64,000 nt of DNA, from the NCBI GenBank assembly GCA_036569365.1, contig DATCQU010000056.1:27506-91505 (forward strand). The letters are read 5' to 3'. Shown piece after piece: positions 50,227-61,459 of this stretch. The position numbers and the translations under genes are program-made. The DNA is from Desulfosporosinus sp. Its GTDB lineage: Bacteria > Bacillota > Desulfitobacteriia > Desulfitobacteriales > Desulfitobacteriaceae. Below the pieces are notes generated by a model. The model did not search any database, was not told the origin of the DNA, and was given only the letters and a program-made list of their open reading frames with translations. Position 1 is the first letter of the stretch, and every line of letters starts with the position of its first letter.

Positions 50227-50573
50227 TACCAGGAGAGTATATATTGGCCCAGGGAACAATCGAAGCTAATCAAGGCCTGGCTACAGAAACAATAATGGTG
50301 GAGAACACTGGCGATCGTCCCATTCAGGTCGGTTCTCACTATCATTTTTTCGAAGTGAACAGATATTTAATCTTTGAACGAGCTTTATCTTGGGGCATGC
50401 ACTTGAACATTCCTTCAGGGACCGCCGTTCGTTTCGAACCTGGAGAGAGTCATACGATTAGACTTGTGCAATTTTCGGGTCAGGGTCCTTGGCTGGGAGC
50501 AAATAACTTAACGGCGGGATGTAGGGACAAGACGCAAAGTATCGAACAAGCTAAGCTGCAAGGGTTTATTTAA
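50223..50573 (+). CDS. ureB: Urease beta subunit
   Basis: [31 protein letters not shown]. Confidence 0.96.
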   Translation: MIPGEYILAQGTIEANQGLATETIMVENTGDRPIQVGSHYHFFEVNRYLIFERALSWGMHLNIPSGTAVRFEPGESHTIRLVQFSGQGPWLGANNLTAGCRDKTQSIEQAKLQGFI

Positions 50574-50702
50574 CAGAAGTCGGAGGGCGGAAGCTAGATT
50601 GAGTTAAGTAAATTGAAGTCCGAATAATGGCTAAGCTCCTGGATAATAAACTTCAGTTGGAGCGCATACTTCATGTGAAAGAATATGAGGAGGAATTGAG
50701 CT

Positions 50703-52409
50703 GTGACTTTAAGTATGTCACGACGGCAACATGCTGATATGTATGGACCAACTACTGGCGATAAAATTCGCTTAGCAGATACAGAGCTATGGTTAGAAGT
50801 GGAAGATGATCTTACCAGTCCGGGTGATGAGGCAAAATTCGGTGGTGGTAAAGTTATTCGCGATGGTATGGGGCAAGACCCTCAAGCCTTGGATGAAGCG
50901 ATGGATTTGGTCATTACTAATGCAGTGATTATTGACCACTGGGGGATTATTAAGGCTGATATAGGGATTAAAGACGGACGCATTTATGGCCTGGGTCACG
51001 CAGGAAATCCAAAGACGATGGCTGGGGTGAACCTTCCCATCGGGGCAGGTACTGAGGTGATTGCCGGAGAAAATTATATCGTTACTGCCGGCGGAATTGA
51101 TAGTCACATTCACTTTATTTGTCCTCAGCAAATTGAAACGGCCATTGCATCCGGTATGACAACGATGTTAGGAGGCGGAACTGGCCCGGCTGCAGGAACA
51201 AATGCTACAACTTGTACACCGGGTAAATGGAACATCTATCGGATGCTACAGTCCGCTGAAGGATTCCCAATTAATCTTGGTTTTTTTGGAAAAGGAAATA
51301 ATTCGTGTCCGGAACCACTGATAGCCCAAGTTAAAGCTGGAGTAATAGGGCTAAAACTACATGAAGATTGGGGATCGACGCCTGCCGCGATTGACTGCTG
51401 TCTTAACGTTGCGGATGACTATGATATTCAGGTGGCCATACATACTGATACCCTTAATGAAGCGGGCTTTGTCGAAGATACTATTGCTGCGATTGGTGGG
51501 CGTACGATTCATACGTTTCATACCGAAGGAGCTGGAGGAGGACACGCGCCAGATATTATTAAGATTGCCTCCTTGCCCAATGTCTTGCCATCCTCAACCA
51601 ATCCGACTCGGCCATTTACGGTTAATACACTGGAAGAACATCTCGATATGTTAATGGTGTGCCATCATCTTGATAAACAAGTTCCTGAGGATATCGCCTT
51701 TGCGGATTCTCGTATCCGCCCAGAAACAATTGCGGCTGAGGATATTCTCCATGATTTAGGCGTCATCTCCATGATGTCCTCTGATTCTCAAGCTATGGGA
51801 CGGGTAGGAGAGGTTATCATTAGGACCTGGCAGACGGCGCATAAGATGAAGATTCAGCGTGGTACTCTAGAGTCGGACAGTATAAATAATGATAATAACC
51901 GGATAAAACGTTATGTTAGCAAATATACCATTAATCCAGCGATTACTCATGGCATTAGCCATATCGTGGGTTCAGTCGAAAAAGGCAAATTAGCCGATCT
52001 TGTACTGTGGAAGCCGAAGTTTTTCGGTGTAAAACCTGCGATGGTGATCAAAGGTGGGTTTATCATGCATGCCGCTATGGGAGATGCCAATGCCTCTATT
52101 CCTACCCCACAACCAGTGATCCAACGTCCAATGTTTGCTGCGTTTGGTAAAGGGATTTCCGCCTGTTCAGTGACGTTTATATCCCAAGCAGCCGACGCGG
52201 AAGAGTTAGCAAAAGAGTTAAAACTGGATAAACAGCTTGTTCCAGTGAAGAACTGTCGTCAGATTGGTAAGGCGGACATGAAACATAACTCTGCAACCCC
52301 TGATATTTCTGTGGATCCGGAAACCTATCAAGTGACCGCAGATGGAGAAATCCTAACTTGCGAACCAGCCGATATCCTGCCTATGGCACAGCGGTATTTT
52401 TTGTTTTAA
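50703..52409 (+). CDS. ureC: Urease alpha subunit
   Basis: [38 protein letters not shown]; Ni ligands intact. Confidence 0.97.
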   Translation: MTLSMSRRQHADMYGPTTGDKIRLADTELWLEVEDDLTSPGDEAKFGGGKVIRDGMGQDPQALDEAMDLVITNAVIIDHWGIIKADIGIKDGRIYGLGHAGNPKTMAGVNLPIGAGTEVIAGENYIVTAGGIDSHIHFICPQQIETAIASGMTTMLGGGTGPAAGTNATTCTPGKWNIYRMLQSAEGFPINLGFFGKGNNSCPEPLIAQVKAGVIGLKLHEDWGSTPAAIDCCLNVADDYDIQVAIHTDTLNEAGFVEDTIAAIGGRTIHTFHTEGAGGGHAPDIIKIASLPNVLPSSTNPTRPFTVNTLEEHLDMLMVCHHLDKQVPEDIAFADSRIRPETIAAEDILHDLGVISMMSSDSQAMGRVGEVIIRTWQTAHKMKIQRGTLESDSINNDNNRIKRYVSKYTINPAITHGISHIVGSVEKGKLADLVLWKPKFFGVKPAMVIKGGFIMHAAMGDANASIPTPQPVIQRPMFAAFGKGISACSVTFISQAADAEELAKELKLDKQLVPVKNCRQIGKADMKHNSATPDISVDPETYQVTADGEILTCEPADILPMAQRYFLF

Positions 52410-52482
52410 GGCATACGAAGGAAAATAACCAGTCCGAGATGCAATGGTTAGTTTCTGACTTGAAATTTTTCAAGGTGCCTAA
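52407..52482. mobile_element. Short, internally deleted copy of the 40353 inverted-repeat element
   Basis: taaggcatacgaaggaaaataaccagtc...gacttgaaatttttcaaggtgcctaa; begins at the ureC stop codon. Confidence 0.55.
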
Positions 52483-52505
52483 GTTGGACGAACGTTGATA
52501 GGAGT

Positions 52506-52946
52506 TTGAAATCAATGATCATAACAAAAGTGATTGGGAAACTTGCTGACTTGGAATTGGATCTTCAGAGCGAAAAAGAGACTTTAACCATCGAACAGCT
52601 CTTTCTAGCCTGGGACGAACTTCAGAAACGGATTCTGCGTAAAACAACCGATGTGGGTAGAGATATAGGGATACAACTGGAAAGTGGACATTTACATCCT
52701 GGAGATATTCTTTACCGGGAAGAAAACCATCTCATTGTCGTAAGGGTTAAAGAAGAGGCTATTTTGGTTGTTCCGGTCCGGACTATGAGGGAAATGGGAT
52801 TGGCCGCCCATGCCATTGGCAATATGCATGCTCCTATTGAGCTGAAAAGCGATTCTGTGATTACGCCCTATAATCCCGTATTACAGGAGCAGCTGGCAAA
52901 ACTAGGGTTGCACCCGGTTAAAGAAGCAGGGGCTTTTGCACCATGA
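52506..52946 (+). CDS. ureE: Urease accessory protein UreE
   Basis: KRILRKTTDVGRDIGI; AHAIGNMH; no His-rich tail. Confidence 0.88.
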   Translation: MKSMIITKVIGKLADLELDLQSEKETLTIEQLFLAWDELQKRILRKTTDVGRDIGIQLESGHLHPGDILYREENHLIVVRVKEEAILVVPVRTMREMGLAAHAIGNMHAPIELKSDSVITPYNPVLQEQLAKLGLHPVKEAGAFAP

Positions 52947-53620
52947 AGATCCAATCATCTCTGGTAGGATTGCGCTTAATGCAGCTAGCAGATTCAGCCT
53001 TTCCTTCGGGTGGCTTTACTCAATCGTTCGGACTTGAGACGTTTATTCAGGGCGGTGACATTAAAACCAAACAAGAATTAGCCCAGTTTATGCAGACCTT
53101 TCTCTACTTCACTTGGAGACCAACCGATCTTCTAGCGGTCAAACTCGCCTGGAAAGCGGCACAACAATCAGACTTTAAGCACCTATATTTGCTAGATAAA
53201 CGGTTAAATGCCATGAAGCTACCATCTGAAAGCCGTGAAGGAAGCGTCAAGATGGGGAAAAGGCTTCGACAATTACTAGCTGAGATCGATAGCAATTACT
53301 TTTTGGATACCCATTTTCCCTATGGTCACCAGGCTATTATATTGGGACATTATGGAGCGGTCGCTGGGATTGAATTAACGTTACTACTCGCTGCAGTTTC
53401 CCATATGAGCACAGCGTCACTTATTGCGAATGGCGTGCGGGCTATTCCGTTAGGGCAGACGAGTGGACAGCAGGTACTTGCGCTCCTGCAACCGCTACTG
53501 GATACCTGTATTCAATGGGTAACAACGGCAACTGAAAAAGATTGGGGCGGAAGTGCACCATCCTTTGATTGGGCAGGTATGGCCCATGAGAGATTATATT
53601 CCCGAATTTTCATGTCATAA
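52943..53620 (+). CDS. ureF: Urease accessory protein UreF
   Basis: LADSAFPSGGFTQSFGLE; IPLGQTSGQ; HERLYSRIFMS. Confidence 0.92.
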   Translation: MKIQSSLVGLRLMQLADSAFPSGGFTQSFGLETFIQGGDIKTKQELAQFMQTFLYFTWRPTDLLAVKLAWKAAQQSDFKHLYLLDKRLNAMKLPSESREGSVKMGKRLRQLLAEIDSNYFLDTHFPYGHQAIILGHYGAVAGIELTLLLAAVSHMSTASLIANGVRAIPLGQTSGQQVLALLQPLLDTCIQWVTTATEKDWGGSAPSFDWAGMAHERLYSRIFMS

Positions 53621-53681
53621 ACAGGCCGTTCAAAAACAAGTATAGACTCAGTTTTTCAACGGCCTGGAAGGAGGAGTTTAT

Positions 53682-54293
53682 GTGTGGCCAATTCGTATTG
53701 GGGTAGGGGGTCCAGTTGGTTCAGGGAAAACGGCACTTGTCGAAAAATTAACGCGCTATCTCGTGTCAGAGTATAGTATGGCTGTTATAACCAACGATAT
53801 TTTCACAAAGGAAGATGCTGAATTCCTTTGTCGAAATGGTGTTTTGCCCCAAGATAGAATCCTGGGAGTAGAAACGGGGGGGTGTCCCCATACGGCCATA
53901 AGGGAAGATGCCTCTATGAACCTAGAAGCGATTGATACGCTGAAGGAGCGATTTCCCGATCTGCAACTAATATTCGTAGAAAGCGGTGGCGATAATTTGG
54001 CGGCCACCTTCAGCCCGGAATTAGTCGATGTCTCGATTTACATTATCGATGTCGCGCAAGGGGAAAAAATTCCGCGTAAAGGTGGTCCAGGGATTACCCG
54101 TTCCGATCTTTTGATCATCAACAAAACGGATCTGGCTCCGTATGTGGGGGCTAGCTTAGAAGTGATGGCCCATGACTCGCGGCGCATGCGCGGTGAACGA
54201 CCTTTTTTGTTTACCAATCTAAAAACTGAAGAAGGCTTAGATAATGTCTTACTGTGGCTACGCAAAAACGTTATCATGGAGGACATCCAATGA
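53682..54293 (+). CDS. ureG: Urease accessory GTPase UreG
   Basis: [27 protein letters not shown]. Confidence 0.96.
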   Translation: MWPIRIGVGGPVGSGKTALVEKLTRYLVSEYSMAVITNDIFTKEDAEFLCRNGVLPQDRILGVETGGCPHTAIREDASMNLEAIDTLKERFPDLQLIFVESGGDNLAATFSPELVDVSIYIIDVAQGEKIPRKGGPGITRSDLLIINKTDLAPYVGASLEVMAHDSRRMRGERPFLFTNLKTEEGLDNVLLWLRKNVIMEDIQ

Positions 54294-55168
54294 TTGCACC
54301 GTTAAAACACGGTATACTTCGGGCTGAAGTCCAGCAGGTAAACGGTAGGAGTATTGTAAGTTCTCTCAAGCAGAGAATGCCCCTGCGAGCTTCAAGCCCT
54401 CTCTATTTTACGGACAACGGAGCGGTGTTCTTCTATATCATGAATCCAGCGGCTGGTCTTCTGCAAGGAGACCAGCATAGTATTTTAGTGCGCGTCAAGC
54501 AGGATTCTAAGGCAGTTGTTTTTGGTCAAGGTGCGACAAAAGTTTTTCGCTCCCCGCAAGGAATTCTCTCGAAGCAATTTACAACCTTGATCGTCGAGCA
54601 AGGGGCGAGACTGGAATACATGCCAGAAGTGGTGATACCCTTTGCCGAATCATGTTTATTTAGTCGCACAAATCTCCAAATATCTAGCAAAGCTTCTGCA
54701 ATATTATGGGAAATTACCGCACCAGGGAGAGTAGCCCGACAAGAGCGCTTTGACTATAATTTACTTGATCAACAGACCACTATTATTCTTGACCGTGAGT
54801 TAATTTATAGTGACAGGTTTAGGCTGGAGCCGTCAAAGATACCGACATTTTTAAAAACGTGGAACAGTCCTCTGGGTGTAATGCATGGTTATTCGCATAT
54901 GGGCACATTTTGGGCGGTGGATCCTAATCTGGAAAAGGTGATGCTCGAATTAGTTCAACGAAACACGGACAAGGAAAATGGTTTTCTGGAACATATGGCT
55001 GAACGTTACAATATTTTGATTGCTGGAACTGCAATTTGTAAGCAGGCTTATTGTTTTAGAGCCTTAGGCCATAGTGCAGAAACTCTTCAAGAGGGATTTA
55101 AGGAACTATGGAGAATCCTGCGTTTGAGACTATATAACGAGCCTGAGTGGCCATGGAGAAGATTCTAG
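54290..55168 (+). CDS. ureD: Urease accessory protein UreD
   Basis: [38 protein letters not shown]. Confidence 0.9.
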   Translation: MIAPLKHGILRAEVQQVNGRSIVSSLKQRMPLRASSPLYFTDNGAVFFYIMNPAAGLLQGDQHSILVRVKQDSKAVVFGQGATKVFRSPQGILSKQFTTLIVEQGARLEYMPEVVIPFAESCLFSRTNLQISSKASAILWEITAPGRVARQERFDYNLLDQQTTIILDRELIYSDRFRLEPSKIPTFLKTWNSPLGVMHGYSHMGTFWAVDPNLEKVMLELVQRNTDKENGFLEHMAERYNILIAGTAICKQAYCFRALGHSAETLQEGFKELWRILRLRLYNEPEWPWRRF

Positions 55169-55177
55169 CAATAAGCT

Positions 55178-56350
55178 CTAGAAGGCTGCTTTAAAGAGCG
55201 TCATAAAATCGTCAACAAAGCCTTGTCTTGGATTCGTAAAGGCACAGATATCTTTTAAAGCATTCTGAGAGAGGATTTCAATATCACTTTCCTTTAAACC
55301 CATCTCACTTAATTTACTGGGAATTTCAATTTTGGTACGTAATTTTATAAGTGAATCAATAATAAAGTCGACAGCTTGAGTCCTGTTATGGGTAATGGCC
55401 CCCATGGCTTCAGATAATTTCAGGATTCTCTGTTCAGGTATAGAGACAGAATTAAACTCAAACACATAGGGAAGTAAGACCGCATTATAGCACCCATGGG
55501 TTTGATGATAAAACCCACCCAATTGATGGGCCATACAATGCACATAGCCCAATCCCGCATTATTAAACGCCATGCCAGCCATAATATTTGCGAACATCAT
55601 TTTTTCTCGGGCTTCTAGATCATTACCATTCTCATAAGCTCTCGGGAGGTACTCAAAGGCTAGTCTGATTGCTTCGAGTGCTAAAGAATCGGTTATAGGG
55701 GAAGCCTCTGTCGATACAAACGCTTCTATGGCATGTGAAACAACATCAATACCTGAGCTGGCGGTAACCTCTCGGGGCATTGTCGTCATGAATATGGGGT
55801 CGTTGACGGAAATAAATGGAGTTAAATAGGGAGAACCAATCGTCATTTTAACCTTTCTAGAATTATCAGCTATTATGGCAAACATACTTAATTCTGCCGC
55901 GGATCCAGCGGTTGTGTTGATGGCAATTTGCGGTATCGCCGGTTTGGTTACTTTATTATAGCCTTCATAATCAATGATTGAACCGCCATTTGTAGCAACG
56001 GTCGCGATTGCCTTGGCGCAGTCATGATTTGTTCCGCCGCCGATGGAAATTATTAATTTGTAATTTCTTTTAAAGATGTTCAAGCCTTTTTTGAGATAGG
56101 TTAAGCCGTCCTCTACAAAAGAAACAGTAGGGTTCGGATGCAATATTCCATCGAAAATATCGTATGAAATGAATAAACTCTTCAAGATTTTTTCCACGTT
56201 CTCGACATATCCAAGACTTATCATGTTTTTATCAGTAACAATCAGAACTTTACTAAGCTTCCAGGACAATAATTCATTAGGAAGGTCTTTGATTGCTCCT
56301 ATACCGATAAGATTTGTTTTAGGTAAAATGTAATTATGAGTGTTTTCCAA
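55178..56350 (-). CDS. Iron-containing alcohol dehydrogenase
   Basis: GGGTNHD, NTTAGSAAE, SHAIEA, GYVHCMAHQLGG, HGCYNA. Confidence 0.9.
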   Translation of the reverse strand: MENTHNYILPKTNLIGIGAIKDLPNELLSWKLSKVLIVTDKNMISLGYVENVEKILKSLFISYDIFDGILHPNPTVSFVEDGLTYLKKGLNIFKRNYKLIISIGGGTNHDCAKAIATVATNGGSIIDYEGYNKVTKPAIPQIAINTTAGSAAELSMFAIIADNSRKVKMTIGSPYLTPFISVNDPIFMTTMPREVTASSGIDVVSHAIEAFVSTEASPITDSLALEAIRLAFEYLPRAYENGNDLEAREKMMFANIMAGMAFNNAGLGYVHCMAHQLGGFYHQTHGCYNAVLLPYVFEFNSVSIPEQRILKLSEAMGAITHNRTQAVDFIIDSLIKLRTKIEIPSKLSEMGLKESDIEILSQNALKDICAFTNPRQGFVDDFMTLFKAAF

Positions 56351-56418
56351 ATTAGCGTACCCCCATTATCCTGGTTTCTACACAGCATGATATTGGAAAG
56401 TGTAAGAACGAGGTCATT

Positions 56419-56463
56419 GCTAATGCTAATGCTAATGCTAATGCTAATGCTAATGCTAATGCT
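56419..56463. repeat. Perfect hexanucleotide microsatellite (GCTAAT)x7.5
   Basis: Direct read; includes the stop codon of the 56456-56917 gene. Confidence 0.95.
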
Positions 56464-56917
56464 TGGATTCTATGAACTCATTCAATCGATAATAACCCCA
56501 GGTGGCTATTGAAAACCAAACAACAAAACCGAATAGAGGTAACCAAACCCTACTCGTGGATTTTAAGATACCTAGATCAATGACCATATTGTAATACAGT
56601 ATGGAAAAAAAGATCCCGCTAACAGCGAATACATAATTTAGCGGTTTTCGATGAGGTATAAAATAAAAATACAAGATAAAAAAATTTGCCCAGGTTACAT
56701 TGGCAAGAATATGTGCACCTATTATGCCAAAAGGTCCGTAATTTATCCAAGAGAATAAACCAGTGACATAACCAAAAAAATGTACCAGTGCGTCCATCAT
56801 TGCACCAAAAATGATTCCATAAATAGATAAACGGTGGATATCCTTTCTAGGTACATTCACAAATAGGGTTAATGCGAAAATTAAGGTAAAGATTGGATAG
56901 ATATAGTACTTGGGCAT
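56456..56917 (-). CDS. Hypothetical membrane protein (153 aa)
   Basis: Several TM helices; RBS AAAGGAG. Confidence 0.75.
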   Translation of the reverse strand: MPKYYIYPIFTLIFALTLFVNVPRKDIHRLSIYGIIFGAMMDALVHFFGYVTGLFSWINYGPFGIIGAHILANVTWANFFILYFYFIPHRKPLNYVFAVSGIFFSILYYNMVIDLGILKSTSRVWLPLFGFVVWFSIATWGYYRLNEFIESKH

Positions 56918-57069
56918 GGTTGCTATCTCCTTTCAATACGGACAGTAGGAACGAATTTAGTTAGATTAACCACGACACGCGGGGAATATTCTTCGGTAGC
57001 AGATGGAAGGTTATGCTTCTTTTCGAAAGATCGCTCGTATTGTTGCACTGCCGCTTTCTATTCGTCCAT

Positions 57070-57115
57070 AACAAAGAGAGATACTCGACCAAATGGTCAA
57101 GTATCTCTCTTTGTT
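57070..57115 (-). terminator. Intrinsic terminator
   Basis: aacaaagagagatact...agtatctctctttgtt. Confidence 0.7.
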
Positions 57116-57167
57116 TACCCATCAAACTGAGGGGTGCTTAGATTATGGAGCTAGCCTTTGTAAAAGG

Positions 57168-59285
57168 CTACTTATAATAATTATAGATGCCATGGAAGAC
57201 GGCGGATGCAACGTTTTGTTGGAAGGTCGGGTTTAGTAACCTTGCCTCTTCATAAGGACTCGAAATAAAGGCTGCCTCCAGTAAAATGGAAGGCATCGTG
57301 GTATAGCGGAGAACATAAAAGCCTGCTTCTTTAACTCCACGGTTTTGTGTATGAACCGTACCGATTACAGCAGATTCGATGCTTTTGGCAAGCTTCAGGC
57401 TCTCCGCTTGTTTAGGACTATCTGAGGAATAAAAAGTTGAAGTGCCTTGAACCTCAGGCTTGGAATACGAATCGTTGTGGATGCATATAAATAAGTCTGG
57501 ATTATTTTTGTTGGCTAAGTCGACGCGGGCCTGAAGGTCGTCAATTTCGGTATAATTTGTTGCTGGAGATATATCTCTATCTCTGGTTAAGATAACCGTG
57601 GCACCTGCTTTTTGTAAGATTTCATTTAAAGCAAGTGCTATAGCCAAATTGTCATCTTTTTCTTTAGTGTGAGTAGGGCCGATTGCTCCTGTATCCGGGC
57701 CTCCATGTCCAGGATCTAGCATGATCGTCTTGCCTGCTAATGCATTCTCAGGGATTCCTTCAAAAGGATTAACAAGAACTTCTGTGGAAGGATCATAAGG
57801 AGTTGGAACAGGTGGAATAACCACAGGTGGAATAACCACAGGTGGAGTAATCTCGGGCGGTGTAACCTCGGGAGGTGTAATTTCAGGAGGAGTAACCACA
57901 GGAGGAGTAACCACAGGAGGCGTTACCACAGGTGGAGTAATGACATCTTCGCCCCTTGATGGAGAAACTGGCTTTTTGATTTCTGAGGGAAGTGCGGGGA
58001 AATCTTTAAGATTGTTGGTATAGCTAGAAGCCACTTTTCCCTGAATAATGCTTTGCGTCTTAGAGCTAATAATACCTGTTCCACCTAAAATATATACGGT
58101 TCCGTTCACACTTGAATCAGAGGTTGTTGTAGAATTGATGGTCGTTGTGGTTGGTGCTACATAGTCAGCAGAAACCCAACCGGTTTTAGATTGATAGGTT
58201 GTTTTGTACCATTGGTCTTGCTTATCGAGGAGATCAATCGTTGTGTCTTTGGGAATTGTGACAAGCATCGTTCCTGTCGGGGAAGGGGTTTCTCTTAGAT
58301 TTAGTCCTCCCGATGCGGTGATCATTCCTTTTTTAGAATTTGCGGTGACACTAGCGCTTGTGCTTTTAGATGGCGGTTCAACGATCATATGTTCTCGCAT
58401 GAGACTGTAAACTGATGGCGGAATATCTTCCTTTTCTGTAAGCAACAGGGGAGCCTTGTTTTTAGAGGCAAGGACGGTACCGGCAACGGCATCTGGAAAG
58501 GTGATGCCAGAGGCCAAGTAAAGATCATTCGAGGTATAAGTGTCTTTCATAAAGCTAACGACTTTGGCGTTCGTTTCGTAACGGTCCTGGCCACCCAAAC
58601 GGGTTTCAACAGTAAACTTGTTTTTAGTTAAGTTATTGGAAGGAACCACGGCCTCTCCACCAATCACGATTAAGTGCTTAGGTCCAGCATCGTTATAGTA
58701 TTGAATGACAGAATTAGGAAGCGTTGTTGATGTAAGCACGATGGGAATCTGTTTAATTCCTGCATACGTTGCAGCCGACAAAGCATCCGGGAAATTATCT
58801 CCATTAGCAAGGATTAATGAATCGCTGGTCAAGTGTTTTGCAAGAAGGACTGACGTTTCATAACGGTCCACCCCACCAATACGTTCCCATTTTAAAGCTA
58901 AATTATCAAGTTGCTTGCCAATCGATGGTTTTAAACAAGCGTTTCCTCCAAGTAGGATGATATTTTGGGGCTTTAACCGTTGCAGTTCTTTGACAACTCT
59001 CTGGTCAATAGAGTCTCCTGCGGTAAGAAGAATTGGAGCATTTAAGCTAACTGCGAAAGGTGTTGAAGCAATCGAATCCGAGTAATCGGAGTATTCACAT
59101 AAAATAACCGTTTGAGCTGAGTCCCACCCTTTTTGCGATATGTAAAGAGCCGTTTCAACCCTGTCTTGTCCGGATATTCGCTCTGTGGGGTAAACTAATG
59201 GGCTCGCTTGCGTTATAAATGGAGTGCATAACACTAAAGTAAACGAGGTAATGATTGAATAAATGATTTTCTTCACAAGCACCAT
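57168..59285 (-). CDS. N-acetylmuramoyl-L-alanine amidase with 3x cell-wall-binding-2 repeats, SH3b and Pro-rich linker
   Basis: ISGQDRVET, GDNFPDALSA, GLNLRETPS...TGWVSADY, LDPGHGGPDTGA, ICIHND, LLEAAFIS. Confidence 0.9.
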   Translation of the reverse strand: MVLVKKIIYSIITSFTLVLCTPFITQASPLVYPTERISGQDRVETALYISQKGWDSAQTVILCEYSDYSDSIASTPFAVSLNAPILLTAGDSIDQRVVKELQRLKPQNIILLGGNACLKPSIGKQLDNLALKWERIGGVDRYETSVLLAKHLTSDSLILANGDNFPDALSAATYAGIKQIPIVLTSTTLPNSVIQYYNDAGPKHLIVIGGEAVVPSNNLTKNKFTVETRLGGQDRYETNAKVVSFMKDTYTSNDLYLASGITFPDAVAGTVLASKNKAPLLLTEKEDIPPSVYSLMREHMIVEPPSKSTSASVTANSKKGMITASGGLNLRETPSPTGTMLVTIPKDTTIDLLDKQDQWYKTTYQSKTGWVSADYVAPTTTTINSTTTSDSSVNGTVYILGGTGIISSKTQSIIQGKVASSYTNNLKDFPALPSEIKKPVSPSRGEDVITPPVVTPPVVTPPVVTPPEITPPEVTPPEITPPVVIPPVVIPPVPTPYDPSTEVLVNPFEGIPENALAGKTIMLDPGHGGPDTGAIGPTHTKEKDDNLAIALALNEILQKAGATVILTRDRDISPATNYTEIDDLQARVDLANKNNPDLFICIHNDSYSKPEVQGTSTFYSSDSPKQAESLKLAKSIESAVIGTVHTQNRGVKEAGFYVLRYTTMPSILLEAAFISSPYEEARLLNPTFQQNVASAVFHGIYNYYK
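57806..57945 (-). repeat. 15-bp coding repeats, (V/E)(V/I)(T/I)PP x ~9
   Basis: VITPPVVTPPVVTPPVVTPPEITPPEVTPPEITPPVVIPPVVIPP. Confidence 0.85.
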
Positions 59286-59556
59286 CCTTTCTTCTATCTA
59301 TATGTCGATTATAGCATATAAATTGGTACTATTTATGATATAGTTAGAGAGGTTCCTAAGAATAATTCAATATTTTTAAAATTGACTCGAACCCTACCAA
59401 TCTGAGGAGTATGTTGTGAAGAAGATTCAAACTTGAACTTGCAATGCGAGCGTTGCAAGTTTTTCTCTATTTTGGGGAATTCTAAATTGAACAGAAACTG
59501 TTGTACTTACTGACCGGATTTTTATATCCAGAATTATTATGAGGAGGGTTACAAGT

Positions 59557-60567
59557 ATGAACTTAAAAGTAGCAATTAATGGTTTTGGTAGAATCGGTCG
59601 ACTGACACTGCGTGCCGCTCTTAATCAATCACTTCCCTTTGAAGTGGTGGCAATCAACGATTTAGGAAGTCCCGATTTATTAGCGCATCTGTTCAAGTAT
59701 GATTCGGTTCACGGAATCCTTCCCAATACCGTCGAGATTGATAACAGGACAATGATTGTTGACGGAAAGCGTATTGAAATTTTAGCGGAGAAAAGTCCTC
59801 TGGATTTGCCTTGGAGTAAACTCGGAGTTGATATCGTGATAGAGTCGACTGGACGCTTCACAAAACGTGACGATGCAGCACAACATCTTACGGCCGGAGC
59901 CAAAAAAGTGATCATTTCTTCTCCTGGCAAAAACGAAGATATTACGATTGTTATGGGGGTCAATGAAGAGAAATATGATCCAGCGCAACATCATGTCATT
60001 TCCAATGCCTCCTGCACGACAAACTGTCTAGCTCCAGTTGCTAAGGTTTTACTCGATGCCTTTGGGATCGAACGAGGGATGATGACAACGATCCATTCAG
60101 TCACGAATGACCAGCGAATTTTGGATTTGGAGCATTCAGATTGGCGTCGATCTAGAGCTGCCTATCAATCCATGATTCCAACGACCACTGGTGCAGCTAA
60201 AGCGGTTGCTCTTGTTATACCGGAATTGCAAGGGAGACTGAATGGAATGGCTGTCCGAGTGCCTACACCGAATGTATCCCTGGTTGATTTTGTTGCCGAT
60301 TTGACTAGGCCAACAACCAAAGAAGAAGTCAATGATATCTTACGCCAAGCCACAGAGGGAAAATTACAAGGATATCTCCAATATAATGATTTACCTCTGG
60401 TTTCGCATGACTATAATGGCAACGCCGCTAGTTCTATTGTGGATGGCTTATCAACCATTATGCTTGGAGATCGTATGGTTAAAGTGCTAGCTTGGTACGA
60501 TAACGAATGGGGCTACTCAAACCGCGTTCTGGATCTAGTGAAGCTTATTGTAACGAAAGGTTTGTAA
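59557..60567 (+). CDS. gap: Type I glyceraldehyde-3-phosphate dehydrogenase
   Basis: INGFGRIGR, SNASCTTNCL, WYDNEWGYS; ATG 59557 after GAGGAGG. Confidence 0.96.
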   Translation: MNLKVAINGFGRIGRLTLRAALNQSLPFEVVAINDLGSPDLLAHLFKYDSVHGILPNTVEIDNRTMIVDGKRIEILAEKSPLDLPWSKLGVDIVIESTGRFTKRDDAAQHLTAGAKKVIISSPGKNEDITIVMGVNEEKYDPAQHHVISNASCTTNCLAPVAKVLLDAFGIERGMMTTIHSVTNDQRILDLEHSDWRRSRAAYQSMIPTTTGAAKAVALVIPELQGRLNGMAVRVPTPNVSLVDFVADLTRPTTKEEVNDILRQATEGKLQGYLQYNDLPLVSHDYNGNAASSIVDGLSTIMLGDRMVKVLAWYDNEWGYSNRVLDLVKLIVTKGL

Positions 60568-60759
60568 GTTATTTGTCGGGGAAGCAAGTGGATGTTATTT
60601 GTAGCCTACTAAATATTGTTTAGTGCAAGGAAGAGGAGTTAAAGCCTCTTCCTTTTTGATACTAAAACGAGGCTGAATCACTTCTTGGGAAAAATTACAA
60701 TCTTAGAACTCCTTAATTAAGAGCAATATAGAGTAAAGAAATATAAGGGGGGTTCTAAA

Positions 60760-61377
60760 ATGTTTAAATATTGGATGAGGTTGACAAATTCGATTCAGAA
60801 AATAGGCAAGATGCAGGATTCAATCACTACGGGGCTTCTTGGAGGCTTCATAGGCGCCGTTTTTATGAGCCTATCTCATGTGTTAATGTATAAGGCCAAG
60901 AAAACGGAAGTAAAGTCATTTGGACAAATAGCTGGACAGCTTTTCGTTTCACCTTGGAGGACTAAACAAAGAAAAAACTTTATTCTGGGTGAATTACTGC
61001 ATTTAGTGGTCGGTTCGCTTTCTGGAATTCCGTTATTTCTTGTGCTAAAGAAAACAGGTAAAGATCATTACTTAAGTAAAGGATTAGCGGCGTCGATGTT
61101 GACTTGGGGTGCGTTATTTAATGGTGGACAAAAAATCGGTTTATTTAAGAAGCTTCGCTTTACAAAGACTCATTATACTTCAGCCTGGAGCCACATTATT
61201 TACGGTTTAACCGCGTCGCAAGCTATAGTCTCGATCGCTGACCCAACCATTTTTGCAACAGCGAACGAGATTGATCTCGGGGCCTATCATCAAGTTAGAC
61301 CTCAGGCTAAGTATTCGAATTTAAATGAGTCGACTGATGAGGTCGGAGAACAACAACCAAGAACTATCGTGCATTAA
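60760..61377 (+). CDS. Hypothetical membrane protein
   Basis: ORF with RBS AAGGGGG; 3-4 hydrophobic segments. Confidence 0.7.
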   Translation: MFKYWMRLTNSIQKIGKMQDSITTGLLGGFIGAVFMSLSHVLMYKAKKTEVKSFGQIAGQLFVSPWRTKQRKNFILGELLHLVVGSLSGIPLFLVLKKTGKDHYLSKGLAASMLTWGALFNGGQKIGLFKKLRFTKTHYTSAWSHIIYGLTASQAIVSIADPTIFATANEIDLGAYHQVRPQAKYSNLNESTDEVGEQQPRTIVH

Positions 61378-61392
61378 ATTTTTTCGATTATA

Positions 61393-61440
61393 AAACAAAA
61401 GCAATCTGTATCATGAAAAAGATGCAGATTGCTTTTGTTT
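61393..61440. terminator. Bidirectional terminator
   Basis: aaacaaaagcaatctgtatc...gatgcagattgcttttgttt. Confidence 0.75.
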
Positions 61441-61459
61441 GCGCCTCGACATGAGATTA

